A stretch of DNA of 63,339 bases, the filler included, from Dugesia japonica (lineage: Eukaryota), in the NCBI GenBank assembly GCA_001938525.1. It is 6 parts of 6 records of this genome, joined end to end, with 100 filler letters (N's around TTAATTAATTAA, not from the genome) between each part and the next. Parts side by side here need not be neighbours in the genome. Positions count along the whole stretch, not along the records: positions 48,050 to 63,339 come from MQRL01521164.1; 5 more parts are not named here. One strand, 5' to 3'. Position 1 is the stretch's first letter; each line of letters opens with the position of its first letter. Below the pieces are notes generated by a model. That model did no database searches and was not told where the DNA came from. It saw only the letters and a program-made list of their open reading frames with translations. Positions 54,067-63,339 of this stretch are shown here, piece after piece. The translations under genes were made by a program, and so were the position numbers.

Positions 54067-55007
54067 ATATTCATGCATAATCACGTAACTCATTAATTTA
54101 AATATTAGTTCTATATTTTATTNNNNNNNNNNNNNNNNNNNNNNNNNNNNNNNNNNNNNNNNNNNNNNNNNNNNNNNNNNNNNNNNNNNNNNNNAAATCA
54201 TAAATAATTTGACGGCTTTTTCGTTTTATTTATCTAACCTTTGTAATTATTTCTTTAATTACTTATTAAGTATACCAATCAGCAATAATCGTATTAAATT
54301 AAACAATTTTAATTACATAAAACTCTATTTTCACTAAAAATTGAAAACTTTTTAGATTTTTTTTNNNNNNNNNNNNNNNNNNNNNNNNNNNNNNNNNNNN
54401 NNNNNNNNNNNNNNNNNNNNNNNNNNNNNNNNNNNNNNNNNNNNNNNNNNNNNNNNNNNNNNNNNNNNNNNNNNNNNNNNNNNNNNNNNNNNNNNNNNNN
54501 NNNNNNNNNNNNNNNNNNNNNNNNNNNNNNNNNNNNNNNNNNNNNNNNNNNNNNNNNNNNNNNNNNNNNNNNNNNNTTATGAAATTTTATTTATAAATGT
54601 TTGGTTTTACTGAATACATTTTAATTACTTTCAATAACAATAAATTTTGAAGGAAATTTAATTAAAGTAAAACCAATAAAATGTTATTGCATACTATGTT
54701 TTTTGATATTTAATGAAAAATATTGAATTATAATAAAATCATGCTTTAAAATTTTTAAGAAATTGAATACAGAAAAAATATTCGAAACAATTTGAATTAA
54801 CATTTCAATGATTTATTGTTGTATTTGCATGTATTTTAAAGTGAAACTATTTCTTGCAAAATTTCATTATGATATGGGGAGTGCCGAACTCTAACCCGCC
54901 CCCTTAACCCGAAAGGAAAATGACCATGTTTAGCGGTGGGCACCGCATTTTCAAAATTAGCCCAGTAGATAGATAGTGGCTATTATACCATCACCTCAAT
55001 CTAGGTC

Positions 55008-55163
55008 AAATTTTTTCAAGGTTGCTGGTACATAGTATATTCGATTCTGATTGGTTAAAATTTTCAAGGTCATTAGTATAGTATACTTGATTCAGATTGG
55101 TTGAAATTTTCAAGGTCAGTGGCATAGTATACTCGATTCTGATTAGTCGAGATTTTCAATGTC
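55008..55163. repeat. 46-bp tandem repeat (~3.3 copies)
   Basis: ATAGTATAYTCGATTCTGATTGGTT.AAATTTTCAAGGTC starting at 55032, 55078 and 55124. Confidence 0.9.
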
Positions 55164-56055
55164 ATATGAGGATCCCAAAAGTGGAAAATTAAAAACAAGG
55201 ATGTTAAATACAGTAGATATTCAAGAAAAACAAGGCAATTTTCGTGAGAATGATGAAGGAACATGGACACCTGACAATAAAGTAGAAGAAGATATAATGA
55301 GGATACACTATTTTTTGTGTCATGCTGGAGCCAAAAAGGTAGCAGCGTATATGAAACATAAATATAACGTGAAATATTTGTGAATTAAAGTACAAGTGGC
55401 TGTCCGAAGTTGTATAACATGCCAAAAAGCTAAAGTGTTGACAACAAAAACGAAGGAAGAAACAAAAAAGACGCAGCCAGCCGAAATGTTTGACCTGTTA
55501 TTTAAAGATGTGTGTGGACCACTGCCGGAGACAAGAGGTCGAAAAAAATATGTTCTCGGTATAATAGACCAATGCAGTAAGTATTTAGTCTTGATAGCAA
55601 TGACAAGACAAGATGAAGATACCATACGGAAAGCAATATTGGAGAAATGGATATTAAAGTTCGGATGTCCGAGAGAAATTCGAGGTGATTGTGGAAGAGC
55701 ATTTGAGTCTAAATCAATGAAAGATTTCGCAGCNNAACATGGAATTACCCTCAGGTTTTCGAGTCTTTATCATCATAACACAAATGGGCAAATCGATAGA
55801 CAATTTAGAACTATGCGGATATGATTAATGCAACACTTAAAAAAAGGAAAACCTCAGATTGGGCAGATGTATTACCAGAGATAGAATTTAGCTTAAATGC
55901 TACAAAACAGAAAACTATTAGAACCAATATCGTTATGAAGGACCCTATAAGATGAAGAGGAAGATTCATGACAGACGTTACATCCTGGAAGATACAAACG
56001 GAAAAATTCTTGAAAGAAACTTAGAGAAGATCAAAAAAATCCTTTCAAAGGAGGA
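55159..56055 (+). pseudogene. Gypsy integrase fragment and polypurine tract
   Basis: H...CH...C..C zinc finger, DVCGPLP, IIDQCSK, DCGRAF, NGQIDR, YEGPY; PPT AAAGGAGGA 56047-56055. Confidence 0.9.
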
Positions 56056-56499
56056 TATAATGATAGTTGTTTAAAAGAACAGATTTAAAAATTTTTATCT
56101 TTAAAAACTGAATTTAGTAAAATCAAAAGTATATTTAAAATTATATCAAGAAAANNNNNNNNNNNNNNNNNNNNNNNNNNNNNNNNNNNNNNNNNNNNNN
56201 NNNAAATGAAATGAATAAAAGATTTTTATTTTAATGTATTTTTTTTAATCAAATATATTTTAAAAAGAATAAAATATAAAGTTATATTTCTATTGTAACG
56301 TATTTTTTTAAAATTAAATATAATTTAAATATAATAAAATATAAAATTAAATGTTTTTTTTACCTTTGTTGAATATGAATTTTTAACTTTGTTTGTTTAA
56401 TTAACTAATGATCTTATAGTTTTTTATATTAATAAATCATAGTAATGAGTTTGAATTCTGATGTTAATGATTCGACGAGTTTTCAAAACCCAACTAACA
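56056..56499 (+). repeat. 3' LTR of the Gypsy element
   Basis: Follows the PPT; aligns with the reverse complement of 60731-61245; ends CCCAACTAACA. Confidence 0.88.
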
Positions 56500-56576
56500 A
56501 CAAGTTTTATGATGAAATTCGTAAATTGGCCAAAATTTTAAAAATTTTGTTATTAATGATGAAAATTATTTGTAAT
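56500..56576 (+). pseudogene. Displaced C-terminus of the mariner interrupted by the Gypsy element
   Basis: KFYDEIRKLAK / NFVINDENYL* resembles the mariner '.FY..GI.KL..RW..CV..DG.YF' terminus. Confidence 0.65.
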
Positions 56577-57867
56577 AAAAATTTACTTTAACTTTTTTCC
56601 CAAAAAATTAATAGCTTCGATAAAAATGTTGTTTTGTTTATTTTTTGGTAATTATTCGAATTTTCGACTATTGTCTGCATAATGAATTTAATATTTTGAT
56701 TGATTTGACCAAAATTAGAAAATTTTACTAATTTGTTTGCATTTTTTTGAAATTTTGAATTTTTTCATTATCATTGATTTTTTTAACGGTAAAAGTCGCC
56801 GGGTTCACCCTTGTAATCTTAATAATACTATTTAACAAACTATAAATAGTAACAAAATATAAGTATAAAATTTAACAAAGATCTTTGATCCAATCTTTGA
56901 AATTTTGTAGATAATTTATTATGGCTTGTCTCGGAATTTCATTGAGATAATAATTTTTCACTTTTCAACGACAACATGAATCTTATCGTGGAGTACGATA
57001 AAATACATAAATATGTACAAAAATTGAAATTTTACCATTATTTAACTCAATTAGAAGTTAGATTATCTCGTCACCTTTTTTGTATCATATCACAAAACGT
57101 TACACATAATGACAGTTCACGTAATTTAATAGCAAATGATCCATTAAAATTTTGTTTATGCATAATTTCTAACAAAGTTGATTCTTGAATTTGACATTTT
57201 ACACACCTACCAAATTGTTAAGGTCATTTATTTTTAATTAAAATTAATAATTTCATTAATTATTTATGTAAGATAGTTTTTAAAAGCGAATTTAATTGTT
57301 TTGTATTTCGAAATAGAATTTAATAAATCAGATTTGTTACATATTTAATTTAAATCATTAAAATAGTTTGTAAAATAAATTTTAAATTTTTATGTAATTA
57401 ACAGTGTTAAGAAAACGAATTCTAAAATTTATTTTGTTTACAGAAAGCGAATTTGACATTTATGATTTGCAATGTATTTTAAAATTGTATAACTTTTAAT
57501 TTTTATAATTTTATTGCATTTTAAAATATTATCGAAACTCCTGATTTTAAACAAAATATATTTTTTTGTAATATTAAAATTTACGTTATTTATTAAAAAT
57601 TAAAATAAACTGAATTAATGAAATACTTTTAAACAAACTGATATTTTTTTCGAAAAGAAATTTTTTTTATCAAAAAAATTTTATTCTGTTTTTTTTTAAT
57701 TTGTTTTGTAATTGAATAAATTTTGGAAATACATAAATATGTAAAAAAATTGAATAAATTTTGAAAATAGAAAGTGTTGATTTCTTAATTGCATAGATGA
57801 GCACTCTAAACTCATCTAACAATGTATAATTACACTCAACGTATTTCCCTGTTGTACAAGAGTCTAC

Positions 57868-60717
57868 TGCAAAAGTAGAAAATTGCGAGCAATTCTTTCT
57901 ACGTAATACATGCTTTCTCATGACTCGTCATTGCGTTTGACTCATATGCAATTACTATTTTTTGCCCATTGTTGTCCTTTTAAGATAGTACTGCTCCAAT
58001 CGTATCGAAATTTGCATCCGTGTCCAAAATAAATCCTTTATTTATATCTGGAAAATCTAATATTGGAGACATCATTAGTGCTTCTTTCATTCCATTAAAT
58101 ACTTCTTCTAATTCTTTCGCCCATTCAATTTTCTTGTTATTTGACCCACTACACAGTTGTTCTAGCAATTTAGCTTTTTTCGAAAATTCTTTAATAAACT
58201 TGCAATAGTAACTGCAAATTTCAAAAAGCTTCTCATTTTCTTAACGCAGTTTGGTTTACCAAAGTTCTTAATTGCTTCTATTTTAGTTGGATCTGTTTTG
58301 ACATCTTTTTTACTGTTAACGTGTCCCAAAAATTTGATCTCCTTTCGCATGAATTGACAATTTCCGGATAAACTCTTAGACCAGCCTTCTTAATTACTGT
58401 TAATACTCTATTGATTATTTCATAGTGTTGCTCCTTTGTTTCGGTAAATATGAGAATATCATCTAGATAAANNNNNNNNNNTTTTATTTTTCCGATTACT
58501 TTATTCATCATTTCCTGGAACGTACCTGGTGCTGCTGCAATTCCAAAAGGCATTCTATTGATTAAAGTTGCCCTGGTTTGATCGATAAAGCCATCTTTTC
58601 TTGAGATTCTTTACTGAGTTCCACTTAATGGTATGCATTTCCCAATTCTATTGAGCTAAAATACTGCTTACATTTTAAAGCATCTAGCATTTCGTCCTTA
58701 TTTGGCATAGGAAAAGCTTGTCTTTCTGTTATTGCATTGAGCTATCTAAAGTCTAAGCATAATCGTATATCCTTTTTCCAAACACAGATTAATGGCGTAT
58801 TCCATTACGAATTACACTTTCGGATGATACCATTATCATATAGATTCTTGATGGGCTCTTCAATCTTTTCCTCGAGATTCATTGGTTGGAGATACGGTTT
58901 TATATTGATTGGACCTCCTTTAGTGATTATTTGATGCTTCTTTAAGTGTGTACATCCAATGTCCCATTTTTCCGCCATAAAAACATCCTCATTATTCTGA
59001 ATAATCGCATAATATCTAAATAATATCTGAATAAATAATATCTACATAATATCTGAATAATATCTTGAATCTCCATTGTATGTCCTAATCATTCAGCCGT
59101 CTGTATCTGCCTTACAAATTTTGTCTCTATGTTGCAAACAAATTTTTCTCAATGATTATTGATGTCCACCTTGCACTTTTGCTGAAGATGATACCCAAAA
59201 GTATTTTGAAATTCTACTCCACCAATAAGATCTGGTATTAATTTCTCTACTATTATAAATGTTACTTCCTTGCATATCCCTGAAACTACAACTTCGACAC
59301 GTATCTTTCCAAACGTCTCCGATGACCTGTCATTCGCGCTTTGCAATCGTTCCTCGCTGTTCTCTAACATTGTTTCTCCGAGTCTATTACATCCTTTCAT
59401 GCTTATCACATTTATTCTAGCTCCAGTATTCAACAAACAATCAAACTGTTCACCCTTGATCATCGCTGAAATGCTGGGTCTCCCTTGCATTTTATCATAC
59501 GAAATTTCTGCATTCTGCTTTTCTTCAATTATTCCTATTACTTCTGCTTTGATACTTTCCGCATCATTGAAACTTTCTCTTTATAGGAATCTGTAAAATT
59601 TTTCTCTCACTTTACTCTTCTCATCCAATTTCTCGGTCTCTTGAGGATATTCAAAGGGTATCTCGTTTAATGGATGGCTCCGACCAATTCCTCTACTGAT
59701 GGAGCCCTGCCTTTTGGGCATTTTCTTCTTGGATCATCATTTTCTATTATGCTCTCAGAAAATCTCTCTTCATTCTCGTCATCAAAGTTTTCTCGAATGG
59801 CATGAATTGGTTTTGTCCGATTCCAATCTTTTGTTTGTTGTCTGCTTTTAAAATTGTATCTTATCTCTTCTAGTCTAGGTTTATTAATATTTGAATAACA
59901 TTCTTCTGCTATGTGACCTGGTCTTTTACATCCACCGCATACAATTTCTGTGCACATCCTTCTGACATGACTAATCTTACCACACCCAAAACATTTTGGT
60001 GGTTTCTTGTCTAGACAATTTCTACTTAAATCTCCTTTTTGTGACAAGTCCAACATTCTACATGCAAATTCTTTGGACACTCTCTTTTTGTATGCCTATA
60101 ACTCTGGTATGTCCAACATTGTGTTTCTAGTTTTTTTGTAACTCTCTCAATATTTTATCTCCTTTCCCCGAAACGTTCTCCACGTGTTACAACAGCGTAA
60201 CTTTTTACTACGTTAATAGGTTTTCTTCTTTCTATTTTTTCCACCAAAGATAACGTATATGTATTCTACTTTCTCCAATTTTCGCATGATAATTTCTTCT
60301 TCTGCTTTTTTACTATTTGCACAGATTATTAGCATTTTTGATAAGAGTTTTTCTTTCGTCAGCTCTCCATTTGCTANNNNTTTATCGACCAAATCTTCCA
60401 CTTTTTTAAAAAACACCTCAAGTTCTTCATCACCACGTTGATAGCTTTCAAGATTTTGTAAATCTTTTATTATGTCTCTCTTGCTCTCAAAAGCTAATCG
60501 CAATCTCTCTCGATATCCATCAGCTTTCTTCAATGTCTTTGCATATGCTTCCATTAAATCTTCATGAAGCATATATGTTACCCAACTTTCCTGATCTTTC
60601 TTAGCAATGATGTTCTTTGCCTCAAAGTATATTTCACGTCGTTTGATAAACTTCTGTAGATCATCGCTTCTGCAAAATATTGTTGGCAACAATCTTTCTC
60701 TGATTGCATCGGTGTTT
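57868..60717 (-). pseudogene. Gypsy gag-protease-RT-RNase H (defective)
   Basis: Two CCHC knuckles (CFGCGKISHVRRMC, CGGCKRPGHIAEEC), CLL(N)TGA protease, RLCLDFR, MPFG, YLDD, FLGH, ILDTDA, KELLAI. Confidence 0.93.
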
Positions 60718-60730
60718 ACCGCTGCCACCA
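60718..60730 (-). promoter_or_regulatory. Primer binding site, tRNA-Leu type
   Basis: TGGTGGCAGCGGT directly after the LTR end, complementary to the ...ACCGCTGCCA-CCA 3' end of eukaryotic tRNA-Leu. Confidence 0.8.
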
Positions 60731-61245
60731 TGTTAGTTGGGTTTTGTAAACTCATTGAATCATAAACATCATAATTCAAATTCATTACAACGCTTTATTA
60801 ATATTAAAAACTATAACATTATTAGTTAATTAAACAAACAAATTTAAAAATTCATATTCAAAAACGGAAAAATCAAATATTTAATTTTATATTTTATTAT
60901 ATTTAAATTATATTTGATTTATTAAAATATATTAAATAAACATCTTTTATTCATTTCATTTTATATTTGATTTTTTTAAAATTATATTTAATTTTAAAAA
61001 AATACGTTACAATCAAATTTAATTTTATATTTATTCTTTTTAAAATATATTTGATTAAAAAAAATACATTAAAATAAAAATCTTTTATTCATTTCATTTT
61101 ATATTTTTAAGAAGTCTTTAAATTTTAGTGATTTATTTTATTGTTTATTTTCTTGATATAATTTTAAATATACTTTTGATTTTACTAAATTCCGTTTATA
61201 AAGATGAAAAATTTTAAATCTGTTCTTTTAAAAAACTATCTTATA
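60731..61245 (-). repeat. 5' LTR of the Gypsy element
   Basis: Precedes the PBS; homologous to 56056-56499. Confidence 0.88.
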
Positions 61246-62305
61246 CTTGTGATCTTGTTTCGGGGCATTTTAATCATCTAGTCATTTTTGTTGAAAACTT
61301 CTTAATTTGTGAATCTCTACTTTGACAGACTTTGTGTCATCAATCGGAACAAGTGATAATTCGACGAAACAATGTTTTCTGAGAACAGAAGATTGGGTAA
61401 AATTTCCCATTTCAGCTTTTTTACCTGTTTTTGCCAAAATTTGCAATATAAGTTCATACAACAAAATCACTTTTCACGTCTGGCCGCCCATTTTAGTCGC
61501 CCTGCGTTGAATTCATCGTTTAATTTCATTATTTGATGTTCATAATGATTGCCAGTGACTATTTCTCCTAGTTTTAGTACCTCAGTACGAAATACATGCT
61601 TGATCATACCGCACACACACCTTTTAACATGAAATTTGCGTTTTCACTTGAATTTGTNGGCTGGATTAGATCAACCCAAATCATCAACAGTAAGAATCCT
61701 TTTTAAAAAATTATTTTTATACTTATCAATCCAACATTCAACTCGATTTGAACATTGGGTTGGTGTCAATATTTCTGAAGCCCATTTTGTGCATACTTTT
61801 TTCATTGAAAATATTATTTTTTGACAATTTCATGGAAAGTGGATTTAGAAATTCCAACTTCTTCAGCAATATAAAGAAGTGAAATGAGACGGTCTTTCAT
61901 TATGAACTTATAAATAGCTTCAACGGTTTTGGCATTTGAAGATGTTGAAGCACATCCAATACAAGTATCATCTTCCAGAAATTCTCTTTCTCCTTTAAAT
62001 GCAGCTGTCTATTTTGCAATTATCCAAAAGAAATACGTTAATGGGGCCGAAAACTTTTTGAAACTCAGCTAAAATCTACGTTGCATTCCATCCCTTTGTC
62101 AAAAATTTGATAACTGCTCGATTTTCAATTTAGTTCATTACCGATTAGAAATGCTTCATATGATATATTCCTAAAAAATTATTATTAGGTAATCAATTAA
62201 CTTACATTATTCATACTAATTGGCCAGTAATCGATAACATAGTACTTAAATTTAAATGAAACTTATTTTTAGTAATACTTATGCGAACTTTCCGGCGACC
62301 TTATA
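61246..62305 (-). mobile_element. Degenerate mariner sequence (possibly two fused elements), target of the Gypsy insertion
   Basis: TIR-like TATAAGGTCGCCGGAAAGTTCGC at 62305; LEDD...IAEEVGIS...KVCTKWASEILT; FLKRILTVD; LKWEILPN...SNYHLFRLM. Confidence 0.8.
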
Positions 62306-63339
62306 TTTCTAAAATTTGTTTATAACAATATTTTTTGTTTCTGATTGTACAAAATCAGCGAACTTCATGTATAGACAACATTTTAAAAGTATTTTGTTGA
62401 ATAAAAGTGCAATTTTGACAGAAATACATATTTCATTTAATTGTAGTAATTATCTCTAATAATTTGTTATAATGATTCGGAAAACTGAATCTCAAAGATT
62501 CAAATCTTTTGTTACAATCAATAATTTAAACAAAAATTTAATTATTTAAATATAAGTTAAATTATGTAACAGAAAGTAGTTTTGTTTCAATTGTTTTCAA
62601 ATTATTATTGTAATAATATTATAAATAATATCAATATTATAAATAATATCAATATTATATTAATAATATGATGATATTATTAATAATAATGTTATTTATT
62701 ATTATGTTTATTATTACTATTATTATTATTATTATTAAATGAAGGTAATTATAGTTAACAATGATATCAGTAAAATAGAAAGAATAATGAATGACCTTAA
62801 CATTTCGGTAGGTTTGTAAAATGTCAGGTTCAAAACTCAAGTTTGATAGAAATGTTAAAATCAAATATTTATCACAAAATGTTAATAGATAATTATATTG
62901 TATTAAAGTACGTGCATTTATACCCTCTTTTTTGATATATGCCTCATTTATTTAGTTTTTCAATTTACTTTCTTATCCTTTGATAATATATTGAGGCTTA
63001 CATTTATTTTGAAAATCAAAAGCNTTCCTAAGTCAATGATTTACTAGAACATATATGATAACTTTTTTTTCGAATTTCATAAATAATCTCTTTAAAATTT
63101 ACATTTTTCCTTTGCATTTTCACAACATTATTCTATTAAAATTTTTATCTTAATGAATATGATTTTCAAAATCCTACATCTTCGCAGGTTAACCTTCTAT
63201 TATTAATTTAATTTTTATAATTTCTCATTTATTAGGTAAACAAGAGAGTTGTGTCGTTTTTGTATACATAATCTAGTTTTTAATCCAGATGTTATCAACA
63301 TAAAAAATTTTATATTGTTAGTTTAAACTACATCTCTGG

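Noticed and set aside
55008-55163. CRISPR-like array
   Set aside because: Units are wholly repeated with no unique spacers, no cas genes, eukaryotic context.

Overview
AT-rich eukaryotic nuclear DNA (AAT/ATT microsatellites, a ~50-nt intron; invertebrate-like, flatworm-like by impression only). The window is not one contig: five identical 100-bp spacers (44 N + TTAATTAATTAA + 44 N) join six separate segments. It is mostly decayed mobile DNA: a Polinton/Maverick virion module (packaging ATPase, small core-like ORFs, integrase, major capsid) and, on the next segment, a protein-primed PolB with an endonuclease-VII insertion. It also holds a Gypsy LTR element inserted into a mariner and then internally inverted (matching ACAAG TSD), many Tc1/mariner, maT, hAT, pogo and piggyBac remnants, and Penelope-like (PLE) fragments whose ends form long hairpins carrying minimal hammerhead ribozyme motifs. 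No mobile-element ORF is intact. A few probable host exons are present. The least explained structure is an array of short minus-strand cassettes at ~3.8-5.8 kb, each arranged as splice acceptor, short ORF, AATAAA.
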